Positions 38,692 through 48,696 of a stretch of 64,000 nucleotides of DNA are shown one piece after another; the stretch's first letter is position 1; each line of letters starts with the position of its first letter. The DNA comes from Clostridium sp. Its GTDB lineage: Bacteria > Bacillota > Clostridia > Clostridiales > Clostridiaceae. Both the position numbers and the translations under genes were made by a program. The stretch spans positions 1,823 to 65,822 of the forward strand of contig JAVWLU010000008.1 of NCBI GenBank assembly GCA_036637795.1, in the 5' to 3' direction. The notes below the pieces were generated by a model that saw only the letters and a list, made by a program, of their open reading frames with translations, searched no databases and was not told the DNA's origin.

Positions 38692-41496
38692 ATGAAGACA
38701 TTTAAAGCACTTGCGTATAAGAATTTGAAATACGATAAAAAAAATAGTGTATTTATATTCATAACTATGACATTAATTATTTCATTAATGGTGGGTACAT
38801 TAATTTTAGTTAAAGCAAATGAAAGTGATGAAATGAAAAAAATAGAAAAATATGAAGGTTGCTATGATTTAAGACTTTTAGATGTTAATAATGAACAACT
38901 AGAAAAACTAGAGTCTAGTGAAAATATAGACAAATATTACTTATCAAAAGTTTTAGGGACAGATGTATTTTCATTAGGAAATAATGCACCTAGGCCTTTT
39001 GTATTGGATAAATTAGCAGTTAATGAAGTCCTGGCAATAGATTTAGATGTTTTTACAGATGTTTTTGGATTTGATATAAAAGCAGGAAGATTGCCACAAA
39101 ATGATAAAGAAGTTATTGTTACAACAGATATGATAAAAGAATATGCAATGATGGGAAATGATTTTGAGATTGGTAGTAATATCTCATTGAATTTAGAAAC
39201 TAATAGAACATATGATATGTACTTAGATACAGATGTAACATCAATATATGAACAATTACCAGAAGATGAGTGGGATGGAAGTCAACTAAATGATAAATAT
39301 GGCGAACTTATTACTGAAAACAGAGAGTTTACTGTAGTTGGAATTGTTGATGTTGGACCTAATAATAAGGGGTGGCATAATAAGTTCTTTACAAAATTAA
39401 CTCCTGAATTAGAAGCTTTAGATAATCCTAATGGATATCAAATAATAGTTGATTTAAAAGATGGAGTATCATATGAAGAGATAGCTAATGAAATCGGAGT
39501 GTATTATGTTAAGCATATAAGACAATATGGGGCTTCGGGTAATGAAGCATATGGAACTGGAACATCAAGATTTAGATACCCTAATTTTTGGAAAGAAGAT
39601 TATAATGGATCACTATTGGGTAGCTACAGTTATATGGAAATAATTATAGTTTCTGCTTTATCGCTTATAATTTTATTTAATGCTTTCTTAGCTAGTATGG
39701 CATTTAAAACAAAATCATTAGGAATATTATCAGCAATTGGAGCTACAAAATGGCAAATTAGATATCTGGTAATAAAAGAAACAATAATACTTACTTCATT
39801 ATCAATACCTTTTGGAATAATATTAGGTATTATTCAAGTTAAGGGACTATCTATGATAATGTCACGAATATTTGGTGAGAATTTAAGTAATCTAGACTTA
39901 AGATTATCATTAACAAATTTAATATTAGTAATTGTATTAGTAACGTTTATTTCTATAATTGCAATATTAATAGCTTTAGGTAGATTTTATAGATATAGCC
40001 CAATACAATCTATGAATAGTTCAGGTGGAGTAAAGGGGGCTGTATATAAAAATAAATATGGTGAAGTTATAGATGAAGATAAGATAATGAAATCTTATAT
40101 TGAGTATGATGAAAAAACAGTTAAATATAAATTGATGAAAAATTTATTTAAATTAGAAGGCTCCATAGCATATAAAAATTTATCAAGGAACTTTGTTATG
40201 AATAAAAATTGTGTTGGTGCAATTTTAATGACAATGGTACTCGGAACTGTATTCTTATTACAATATATTGATATGAATATAGAGATTAAATATACAAATC
40301 CATCAGAAAATTGGAATGTAACAACAACAAGTGGTATTGGAGAATATACTGATGAAGCTATTAATGAGATAGGTGAAATTTCAGGTGTAGATAAGGTTTA
40401 TAGAGAGTTAGTAGCTAGTAATAAATTAATAGTTGAAAATGAATCAGTAAATCCTATAGTAAAAGATGTGTTAAGATTCAAATTTGGAGTTCAAATTGGG
40501 GAAAATTATTCCCATTTAAATGCGAAGGTAAGAGGAATAGAAGATTCTTATATGGATATTTATTCAGATTATTTAATTGCTGGAACTTTAGAGGGCGGAT
40601 TGAAGGATGATGAAATAATATTAGTATCAGATTGGGGAATTACCTCTGAAATAGTGACTACACAGTTAATACAAATAGTAGAAAATGTGTTGTTAAACGA
40701 AGTTGGAGATACTATTAGTATGATAAATAATCCAGAATATATATCAGATCGTGAATATGATGTATGGAAAGAAGAGTATATACCATCAATAGATAGATAT
40801 TCAGAAAGTGGTGGAACTACTACAGATTACAAAATAAAGGCTATAGTATCAAAGGATGCACTAAGAGAAAAAGATAGATTTGATACTCCAGAAAGTTATA
40901 ATGAAAATTTAGAAGTTATAATTTCAAAAAATGCATTTGAAAAAGCTTATGGAGATTTAAATAATGATAGATTAAATATACTTGTAAATGATAGTAATAG
41001 AGAAGAAACTATATCAAAATTAAAAGATAAGTTTTATGTAACTGGTGATAAATTAACCGATATGAATGAAGTTAAAGCTATAATGGACACAGAAAATAAT
41101 ATTATAGTAGGTAGAAATGTAGTTTATTGCATCGGTGTTATAGTGTTAGTTCTAGTTAGTTTAATGTCTATGATAATGTTTAATATATACAATAGAAGTA
41201 AGGAACTTGCAGGATTATCTGCAATTGGAATGACATACAAGCAAAAGAGAAAAATGATAATTTGTGAAAGTTTTTCAATGTCATTACAATCAGCATTCTT
41301 AGTTATACCGATATCAGTAGCTTTATTTGTTCTTAGGTTTAGCAATGATATAGGTTCAGGAACAATATCAGAAGTTAAAATTATAATGTGTATGATAATA
41401 TTTATAGTGATGATTGTACTAGTAACAACTCTAATAGGTCTAATTCCAGTAAGTAAAATGAAAAAAGAAGTTATTTCAGATTTATTAAGAGAGTAA
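38692..41496 (+). CDS. FtsX/MacB-like ABC permease with two large extracellular domains
   Basis: Repeated permease motifs GILSAIGATK and AGLSAIGMTY. Confidence 0.87.
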   Translation: MKTFKALAYKNLKYDKKNSVFIFITMTLIISLMVGTLILVKANESDEMKKIEKYEGCYDLRLLDVNNEQLEKLESSENIDKYYLSKVLGTDVFSLGNNAPRPFVLDKLAVNEVLAIDLDVFTDVFGFDIKAGRLPQNDKEVIVTTDMIKEYAMMGNDFEIGSNISLNLETNRTYDMYLDTDVTSIYEQLPEDEWDGSQLNDKYGELITENREFTVVGIVDVGPNNKGWHNKFFTKLTPELEALDNPNGYQIIVDLKDGVSYEEIANEIGVYYVKHIRQYGASGNEAYGTGTSRFRYPNFWKEDYNGSLLGSYSYMEIIIVSALSLIILFNAFLASMAFKTKSLGILSAIGATKWQIRYLVIKETIILTSLSIPFGIILGIIQVKGLSMIMSRIFGENLSNLDLRLSLTNLILVIVLVTFISIIAILIALGRFYRYSPIQSMNSSGGVKGAVYKNKYGEVIDEDKIMKSYIEYDEKTVKYKLMKNLFKLEGSIAYKNLSRNFVMNKNCVGAILMTMVLGTVFLLQYIDMNIEIKYTNPSENWNVTTTSGIGEYTDEAINEIGEISGVDKVYRELVASNKLIVENESVNPIVKDVLRFKFGVQIGENYSHLNAKVRGIEDSYMDIYSDYLIAGTLEGGLKDDEIILVSDWGITSEIVTTQLIQIVENVLLNEVGDTISMINNPEYISDREYDVWKEEYIPSIDRYSESGGTTTDYKIKAIVSKDALREKDRFDTPESYNENLEVIISKNAFEKAYGDLNNDRLNILVNDSNREETISKLKDKFYVTGDKLTDMNEVKAIMDTENNIIVGRNVVYCIGVIVLVLVSLMSMIMFNIYNRSKELAGLSAIGMTYKQKRKMIICESFSMSLQSAFLVIPISVALFVLRFSNDIGSGTISEVKIIMCMIIFIVMIVLVTTLIGLIPVSKMKKEVISDLLRE

Positions 41497-41661
41497 AAGT
41501 ATAATAAAATTATAAATTCTAAGTTTAGAGATGGGATTGTCAAAATGATTAGTCAGTTTGATGATTCCATTTTGTTTTTTATTAAGAAAGGAATAGGACA
41601 TACAGATGTCTTATTAATTATATTATACTGGTATTATAAAGTGTGAAGGGATGTTGTTTTT

Positions 41662-42744
41662 ATGAATGATAAATTAGATATTAAAAAAGAAAAGAAAGAA
41701 TTATTTAAGGGTAAGGCAGGAGACGTAAGAGAAGTTTTTTGTTCTAAAGCCTACTATATAACTGTTGATGGTGAAGGTGATCCTAATACTTCAGAAAGAT
41801 ATATGGGAGCTGTTGAGGCTTTATATCAAGTTGGATATACTCTTAAATTTATGTATAAAGAAAAAGATTTAGATTTTGTTGTTATGCCTTTAGAAGGATT
41901 ATGGTGGGCTGATTCATATGAGGTATTTACTGAACAAGAGAAGGATAAATGGAAATGGAGATCAATGATTGAACTACCAGATTTCGTAACAGAGGAAGAC
42001 ATTGAGTTAGCTAAAAAAATAGCATTTGAAAAGAATAAAAATGATATGGTTAAAGAAATTTTACACAGAGAGATGAATGAAAATAAGTCATTCCAAGTAC
42101 TACATGTAGGCCCATATGATGAAGAGGCAGAAGATATTGAAGAACTTCATAGAGCAATTAAAGAAGCTGGGTATTCATTAAGAGGAAAACACCATGAAAT
42201 ATATTTAAGTGATCCTAGAAGGGTTGAAAAGGATAAACTTAAAACTATAATTAGACAACCAGTATTTAAAGAAGAGGAAGAAATTTTAGATTTTGAGCAG
42301 TGTAAAAATAAGTTTTTCTCTAAATTGGGTGAAAGTAAAACTATGGTTCTATCGACTACTGATGGAGAAAAAGTATCATCAAGAAATATGAGCATAATTG
42401 TAGGTAAAGAAAAATTCTATTTTCAAACTGCATTAGAATTTAGAAAATGCAGAGATATAGAAAAAAATAAAAATGTTGCACTATGTTCAGAAAATATTCA
42501 AATAGAAGGTTCAGTAACAGGAATATATGAATTAAATGATGAAGAAGTAAAAAACTTTAAGGAATTATATAAAAAGAATCATAATAGTTCGTATAGTGCA
42601 TACTCAAAACTTATGGGAAATAGAGTCTTTGAGATAACACCTATAAAAATAGGTTTCTATAATTATGAAGGAAAAGATGTCTATCTAGAATATATAGACT
42701 TTAAAAAGAATGTTGCATATAAAAGACCTTATTTAATATTCTAA
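41662..42744 (+). CDS. GyrI-like small-molecule-binding domain fused to a pyridoxamine-5'-phosphate-oxidase-like domain
   Basis: GEGDPN, MPLEGLWW, HVGPYD, HHEIYLSDPR, TIIRQP; then MVLSTTDG..SSRNMS, NKNVALC. Confidence 0.75.
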   Translation: MNDKLDIKKEKKELFKGKAGDVREVFCSKAYYITVDGEGDPNTSERYMGAVEALYQVGYTLKFMYKEKDLDFVVMPLEGLWWADSYEVFTEQEKDKWKWRSMIELPDFVTEEDIELAKKIAFEKNKNDMVKEILHREMNENKSFQVLHVGPYDEEAEDIEELHRAIKEAGYSLRGKHHEIYLSDPRRVEKDKLKTIIRQPVFKEEEEILDFEQCKNKFFSKLGESKTMVLSTTDGEKVSSRNMSIIVGKEKFYFQTALEFRKCRDIEKNKNVALCSENIQIEGSVTGIYELNDEEVKNFKELYKKNHNSSYSAYSKLMGNRVFEITPIKIGFYNYEGKDVYLEYIDFKKNVAYKRPYLIF

Positions 42745-42752
42745 TTCAAAAA

Positions 42753-42766
42753 AGAACGTATGTTTG
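42753..42766. promoter_or_regulatory. putative LexA (SOS) box upstream of rpn
   Basis: AGAACGTATGTTTG matches GAAC-N4-GTTY. Confidence 0.5.
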
Positions 42767-42862
42767 TATATAAAAGTAATTATTGGTAATACTAATGATG
42801 TAGTTCGAACTAACTATATATAGATTTTTTAAATCAATTGAAATATAATAGAGGTGAAATAT

Positions 42863-43873
42863 TTGAAGAAAAGACTACATCATATTCATGATAAAAGTTA
42901 TAAAGATTTATATTCAAAAAAAGAAGTGGCAATAGATCTATTCAAAAATTTTATAAATAATGATATTACAGGTGATTTAACTGTTGATAATCTAATTTTA
43001 GTAAATCAGTCATTCATTTCATCAGATTATGAAGAAAGTGAAGCAGATATTGTTTATAGAGCTAAAATTGGTAATAATGAAGTTATATTTTATATATTAT
43101 TAGAGTTTCAATCAACAATAGATTATACAATGCCACTAAGATTATTATTTTATATGTGCGAGATATTTAGAGAATATGCAAAGAATAATAAAATGGTGAA
43201 AAATGATAAAAATATAATGATACCAGCAGTAGTACCATTAGTACTTTATAATGGTACACAAAAATGGGATGCAAAGAGGGAACTAAGCGATTTGTTTTAT
43301 AATTCAAAGCAACTTTCAAAAGAAATAATAAATTTTAAATATGAATTAATTGATATAAATAATGATTTTTCAAAAGAAGAGTTAATAAAAAACAAAAATG
43401 TTACATCAGCTATATTTTTGTTAGACCAGAAAATTGATCCAAAGGAGTTTTTAAATAGAATTCAGGAGATAGCATTATTATTTGATAGTCTAACATCAGA
43501 GCAAATAAAGGCAATTAAGCACTGGATTAAAAATACAACAGAAGAGAAGTTAGCTGAAAAAGCTGCAGAAGTATTAGATGCCAACAAAGAGGAGGTTAAA
43601 AATATGGTTGCAAATAATGCATTTATAATTACTGAAATGGAAACTAAAGCAAAAGAAAAAGGTAAGTTAGAAGGTAAGTTAGAAGGTAAGTTAGAAGGTA
43701 AGTTAGAAGGCAAAAAGGAAGCAATATTTGAACTTCTTGAAGAGTTAGGTGAAATCACTTCTAATATAAAAGATATAATTAATGAAATTAATGACATAGA
43801 AAAATTAAAAGAGCTATTAAAGCTAGCTAGTAAGGTTGATACTTTAAAAGAGTTTGAAGAAAAATTAATATAA
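42863..43873 (+). CDS. Rpn/YhgA-family PD-(D/E)XK nuclease
   Basis: HDKSYKDL, ADIVY, LLEFQS, MPLRL, VPLVLYNG; EGK repeats; TTG start behind GAGGTG. Confidence 0.9.
   Translation: MKKRLHHIHDKSYKDLYSKKEVAIDLFKNFINNDITGDLTVDNLILVNQSFISSDYEESEADIVYRAKIGNNEVIFYILLEFQSTIDYTMPLRLLFYMCEIFREYAKNNKMVKNDKNIMIPAVVPLVLYNGTQKWDAKRELSDLFYNSKQLSKEIINFKYELIDINNDFSKEELIKNKNVTSAIFLLDQKIDPKEFLNRIQEIALLFDSLTSEQIKAIKHWIKNTTEEKLAEKAAEVLDANKEEVKNMVANNAFIITEMETKAKEKGKLEGKLEGKLEGKLEGKKEAIFELLEELGEITSNIKDIINEINDIEKLKELLKLASKVDTLKEFEEKLI
43604..43873 (+). CDS. putative in-frame internal product (RpnS-like antitoxin, 89 aa)
   Basis: AGGAGG at 43590-43595, in-frame ATG at 43604. Confidence 0.7.
   Translation: MVANNAFIITEMETKAKEKGKLEGKLEGKLEGKLEGKKEAIFELLEELGEITSNIKDIINEINDIEKLKELLKLASKVDTLKEFEEKLI
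43661..43708 (+). repeat. four perfect 12-bp tandem repeats encoding GKLE
   Basis: (GGTAAGTTAGAA)x4. Confidence 0.95.
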
Positions 43874-43886
43874 TAATATTTAGGGT

Positions 43887-43923
43887 GGGGCTGTATCAAA
43901 AAAACGATACAGCTTCTTTTTTT
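43887..43923 (+). terminator. terminator after rpn
   Basis: GGGGCTGTATC...GATACAGCTTC plus T run. Confidence 0.75.
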
Positions 43924-44081
43924 TGTCTAGAAATAAACGTTTATTAAAAATTATACTTTACTTTATTTTAATATATATGAGAAAATACAATTAACAATAT
44001 TTGGAGAATTGATATAAAGAAAAAAATAGTAGAAAATAATTAAATGAAAAGTTAGTTCATTTAATAAAGTAGGGGGGAATT

Positions 44082-44422
44082 ATGAAATCAGATATTATGA
44101 AGTTTATAGGCTATTTAATATGTTTATTAACAGTAGCTTTTATTAATATAATAAATATAACTGATAGTATGCCAATATATCGTATTGGATTTATATTATT
44201 TTCAATATCATTTTTTATAGCAGGAATACTTCAATTGGAGAAAAAAATTCTGTTAAAAGTATATTTGGGGTAGTGTATATGCTTATATCAATAGGAATAT
44301 TGTTAGATGTATTACAAGGGGATTATATTACTAATGGGAAAGAAGTTACTATAGTTATGATAAGTTTTTTAGAAATGTTAACTACAAAGGTTGTATATTT
44401 TGTTAAGGGGTGTTATAAATGA
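44082..44422 (+). pseudogene. small membrane protein gene with an apparent single-base frameshift at an A7 tract
   Basis: ORF stops at 44273, but the -1 frame from 44246 stays open and hydrophobic to TGA 44420-44422, overlapping the next ATG. Confidence 0.65.
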
Positions 44423-44901
44423 GCTTTATAAAAAAGAACATTAAAAATATTGCTATATTGATAATATTAATTGGATTAATATATACATACTCAAAATATT
44501 CATCATTAAAAGGATATGTTGCTAACATTAATTATAATAGCTTTAATGTAATGTGTAGTAGTTTAGATATACTTACTGATACTAGTTTAGATTTAGATAA
44601 GGAAACTAAGTTAAAATTAAATAAACAGGCAACTTTAAGTAGTTATAATATATATGATGATATATCAAAGGCACAGAAATCTGAAATATCTACAATTATA
44701 TGTGATATAGGTAAGATTGAAGATAGAGAAGTGTTAGCTAGATTAAATGAAACGATTGAAAAGTTTTCTGATAGGGGGATGGCACCTTTAAGTTACAATA
44801 AGGCTAAATGTATAGGGGATGGACTTGAACTTGAAGGTACAGAAGTTAAAATGTTATTAGATGAAATAGATAAAATAATTAAAGCTTATTACAATTCATA
44901 G
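44419..44901 (+). CDS. hypothetical membrane-anchored or exported protein
   Basis: Basic N-terminus plus one TM helix; AAGGGG RBS. Confidence 0.65.
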   Translation: MSFIKKNIKNIAILIILIGLIYTYSKYSSLKGYVANINYNSFNVMCSSLDILTDTSLDLDKETKLKLNKQATLSSYNIYDDISKAQKSEISTIICDIGKIEDREVLARLNETIEKFSDRGMAPLSYNKAKCIGDGLELEGTEVKMLLDEIDKIIKAYYNS

Positions 44902-44950
44902 TTTAATTATTCTTAAATATACTAATAGTAGCAATATTTATGAGGGACTG

Positions 44951-45223
44951 GTGAATTTGGTTCAAGTAAGCACGTATATAATATTAATTGTACTAGCATT
45001 GAATACTGTATTTATAAATATGAAACATCCAAATGGAATTAGAAGAGATTCTTTAATATATATATCACAATCGCTTTATATTAATCTAACAGTAATTGTA
45101 ATTTCAATGATATTAGTTATATTTTTTGATAATTTTCTAATATGTATAATTTACACATTAGCAGAGGTATATTGTTTAGTTATTAATGTAACAATAATGG
45201 AGAGATATAGGGGAAAAAGATAG
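44951..45223 (+). CDS. hypothetical small membrane protein
   Basis: Three hydrophobic segments; GAGGG upstream. Confidence 0.55.
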   Translation: MNLVQVSTYIILIVLALNTVFINMKHPNGIRRDSLIYISQSLYINLTVIVISMILVIFFDNFLICIIYTLAEVYCLVINVTIMERYRGKR

Positions 45224-45439
45224 GAAATAATTTTATAAAACATAAATAATAGGTAGTCTATTTTGTTAAATAGACTACCTATTATTCAATTCATAAAACT
45301 ACAATATTAGAAAATCAAAAATTTGAAGTAAACTTTAAGTGAAAAAGTATTATATAACTTTGATTAATTTTCTAATGTATGTATCTTGAATAGATTTTTA
45401 CTAATAATATATACTATATAAGGATAAGGAGTCGAGGTT

Positions 45440-45868
45440 ATGACAGGAATAGATATTATAAAATTAAAAAATTGGGCTGTAATTGGTTCAGTAAGTAATC
45501 CAGAAAAATATGCTTATAAGATTGTAGAAAAGTTTAAAGTGAATAATTATAATGTGTATGGTGTTCATCCAAGAGGTGGAGAAGGGTTATATTCAAGTCT
45601 TAAAGATATAAAAGGTAAAATAGATTGTATAGATTTATGTATTAATCCAGCTTTAGGAATGAGATATTTAGAAGAAGCTAAGGAACTAGGAATTAAGAAT
45701 GTTTTAATTCAACCTGGAGCTGAGAGTGTTGATGTAATTAATTATTGTGAGGATAATGGAATGAATGTAATTGAAGGGTGTGCATTAGTACTACTTAATT
45801 ATGTTAATCTTCCAAAAGACATACAAAAAGAAAGACATGAATTTTTACAAGGTGAAGGACAAGAATAA
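45440..45868 (+). CDS. CoA-binding domain protein (YccU/YneT-like)
   Basis: WAVIGS, IQPGAES, EGCALV. Confidence 0.85.
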   Translation: MTGIDIIKLKNWAVIGSVSNPEKYAYKIVEKFKVNNYNVYGVHPRGGEGLYSSLKDIKGKIDCIDLCINPALGMRYLEEAKELGIKNVLIQPGAESVDVINYCEDNGMNVIEGCALVLLNYVNLPKDIQKERHEFLQGEGQE

Positions 45869-46061
45869 AGTATATAAATAGAAAAGTGGCGTAAGTCACT
45901 TTTTTATTATGTTAATTTATGTTAAGTATATGTTAAATCTTACAATTATCTTAATATGTGCTAGAACTATATTCCAATAAATATATTTATGTATTACAAT
46001 TGTATTAATAAAGTTCATAGTTAATTCATACATAAAGATGGAATTGTAGAGAGGTGTTTTT

Positions 46062-46541
46062 TTGAGATTTAAGAGGTATATAATAATAGGGATTTTAGCA
46101 GTTATTCTTAGTTTTACTGGTTGCAATACAGATGAAGCAATAGAGACTGGAGTAAAGCTACTAAATAAAAAAGAGTTTATAACAGATATATTTATACAAG
46201 CAGTTACAAGCAAAGATGGTTATTCAGATCCCATTTCAAAATATATGAGTGAAGATCTTTTTATGAAAATTAATTATAATGAAAGTTCAATTCATGAAGA
46301 CTATGATATACATTTTGAACCAAAAGAGAAGAATAATACATTTGTAGATGGTGATTTAGTAATCTATTATGAATATGATTTAGAAATTACAGAGAAGGAT
46401 AGTAAATCAATTTTATCATCTATGAAGGATGTACCAGCAATTGTTAAAGTAACAATGAAAAATGATTCAATAGTTATAATAGATCAGATTGATTATATAG
46501 ATGGAGAAGAGGTTCCAGAAGAGTTTAAAGGTAATTCTTAA
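46062..46541 (+). CDS. putative lipoprotein
   Basis: Signal peptide ending in lipobox-like FTGC. Confidence 0.7.
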   Translation: MRFKRYIIIGILAVILSFTGCNTDEAIETGVKLLNKKEFITDIFIQAVTSKDGYSDPISKYMSEDLFMKINYNESSIHEDYDIHFEPKEKNNTFVDGDLVIYYEYDLEITEKDSKSILSSMKDVPAIVKVTMKNDSIVIIDQIDYIDGEEVPEEFKGNS

Positions 46542-46613
46542 ATTAGCAATTTTCTTAAATAATAATACCAAAAGCCGAACAAATCATTAGTATGATATGT
46601 TCGGCTTTTATAA

Positions 46614-47177
46614 TTAATCATTATAAAATTTTTTTATATACTTAGATTCAAATTCACTTGAAAGCATGTCCATTATGATATCATCATATTTTTTATTGCA
46701 AACAATTTTAGATTCTCTAAGTCTACCAACTACTTTAAATCCAAGTTTTTCATAACATTTAATAGCTCTTTCGTTATAATCATAAACGTGTAATTTAATA
46801 CTATTTAAGTTGTGAATATTAAATCCAAAATCTAAAATTAAATTAATAGCATCACTTCCATAGCCTTTTCCCCAAAAATCTTTATCTCCAATGAAAACTC
46901 CAAGTGTAGCAGTTCGATTAATATAATCAATATCCATTAGTGCTGTAGACCCAATAGTTTTATCCGATTCATTATCTACTATCATGAAATGGCTTTCACT
47001 TTGATTAGAATCCATAGATAAATAGTTTTTTTCATCAGTAAAAGTAAATATTCTATGAGAAGAAGTTAAACCTTTAGTTACCTCTAAGTCATTCATCCAC
47101 TTTGTGAATATTTCATAATCATCTGGATTTCTAGGTGATAAATAAACTTTAGCCCCAATTAATTTTTTGATTTGCAT
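46614..47177 (-). CDS. GNAT acetyltransferase (RimJ/RimL type)
   Basis: FWGKGYG, NERAIKCYEKLGF. Confidence 0.88.
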   Translation of the reverse strand: MQIKKLIGAKVYLSPRNPDDYEIFTKWMNDLEVTKGLTSSHRIFTFTDEKNYLSMDSNQSESHFMIVDNESDKTIGSTALMDIDYINRTATLGVFIGDKDFWGKGYGSDAINLILDFGFNIHNLNSIKLHVYDYNERAIKCYEKLGFKVVGRLRESKIVCNKKYDDIIMDMLSSEFESKYIKKFYND

Positions 47178-47336
47178 AAGTATAGCCCCCTTTTATTTAA
47201 AATACAATCGTAAGTATTAAAAGTTAGTTTATATTATAACTATGGAAAAGTAAACTAAAAAATATAATAAATGTAAAACAAAAAAGTAATATCAAAAGAA
47301 AATATAAAATCATATTGATAATACTAATCCTATAAA

Positions 47337-47717
47337 TTAGAAAATATTTTTTATTTGAAACTTTTGAAGATCAATTAAGTTTTCAGTATTACATTGAAGT
47401 AATTTTAGAGAAGCTGTTGCATCAGAAAGTTCATCGTTGCTTAGATATATATATAGTCTTGTTGATTCATCAGATAAATAATCAGCTTCAGTATGGTTTA
47501 AGTAAATTGATGTCATAACAGTTTTTACTTGAATATCTTCATAAAGTTTTCTAGCTTTTAATGTGGCTTCTTCATATAGACCATGATTCATAAGATTTTC
47601 AATTTCATTAGATGTTGAAGAGATTGTACTAAGAGTATTCATAATATCTTTATCAGCATAATAAATAAATCCACAAAGAATGAGAAAAATAAACACTGCA
47701 ATTATTGAATTCTTCAT
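47337..47717 (-). CDS. DUF4363-like protein
   Basis: N-terminal TM helix, NHTE motif, NIF end; coupled to DUF421 gene. Confidence 0.65.
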   Translation of the reverse strand: MKNSIIAVFIFLILCGFIYYADKDIMNTLSTISSTSNEIENLMNHGLYEEATLKARKLYEDIQVKTVMTSIYLNHTEADYLSDESTRLYIYLSNDELSDATASLKLLQCNTENLIDLQKFQIKNIF

Positions 47718-48550
47718 TTTTTAGATTCCTCCTTATATTCATCGTAGAGTTGATAAACAAATTGCCCACTAGTATCAGTCATAGCAATAAGAACTTTATC
47801 AATTGAATCTATTTTATGTTTCTTTAATTCATTTTCTACCCAAACTTTATTTTTACCAAAGGTAGTTAAGGCATTTTTATTTACTTTACCATCCACAACA
47901 AAAATTTTAGGTAACAAAGGGACAGCGCTATTATTAGAACTATTTGAAGAGCTACTAAGTTGTTGTATTTGTTGTTTAATTTGCTTAAGTTCTTCTTTTA
48001 TTATCTCCTCAGTACTTAAAGTAGATTTTTTTTCTATTAATAAATTATCTTGCTGTTTTTGCTTTTTCTGTTGTTGTTTTTGTTGATTATTAGATAGTGA
48101 ATAGGCATTAGATGTAGTTAAAAATGACATTTGTCCGTTGTTTTCTAATATAGCATATTCAATTTCTGCTAAATCAAAATACCCAGCAAGACGCAGTTCT
48201 TCCATAAGCTCATCTAAATTAATTTGTTGTTTTTTTAAGGCCTTAAAATTGATTTCACCTCGGGAAATTAAAATACATGGTTCACCTTCAAGGATACGTC
48301 TAGATGTTTGACATTTAAGTTGTATATAAGAAATAGTTACTTTTAAAAATAATAAAGTAAGTATTGGTACAATTCCTAGCAATAAAGGTAACCTAACATC
48401 TTGCATAGGCAATGCTGCTAAGTCAGCGATTAGCATAGTTATAACAAATTCATATGGCTGAAGTTCACCTATTTGTCTTTTACCCATAAGCCTCATTGCA
48501 AATATAATAAGAAGATATAAAATAGTTGTTCTTGTAAGTATAATAAACAT
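47714..48550 (-). CDS. DUF421 (YetF-like) membrane protein
   Basis: RLMGKRQIGELQP, AILENNGQMS. Confidence 0.85.
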   Translation of the reverse strand: MFIILTRTTILYLLIIFAMRLMGKRQIGELQPYEFVITMLIADLAALPMQDVRLPLLLGIVPILTLLFLKVTISYIQLKCQTSRRILEGEPCILISRGEINFKALKKQQINLDELMEELRLAGYFDLAEIEYAILENNGQMSFLTTSNAYSLSNNQQKQQQKKQKQQDNLLIEKKSTLSTEEIIKEELKQIKQQIQQLSSSSNSSNNSAVPLLPKIFVVDGKVNKNALTTFGKNKVWVENELKKHKIDSIDKVLIAMTDTSGQFVYQLYDEYKEESKK

Positions 48551-48696
48551 AAAAAATCACTCCATAGGATAGTTATTTGCAGATATTATTTATTTTATGT
48601 GCCTAAAATCTTTTAAAAATTGATATAAAAATGATAGAATTTGACAATAGTATGTATATACTGTTAATAAAGGACTTTGAGATAGGAGGAAATAGA

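Noticed and set aside
42863-43873. Rpn gene as an IS transposase
   Set aside because: No terminal inverted repeats or target duplication seen; the family is a PD-(D/E)XK nuclease despite the putative-transposase label.
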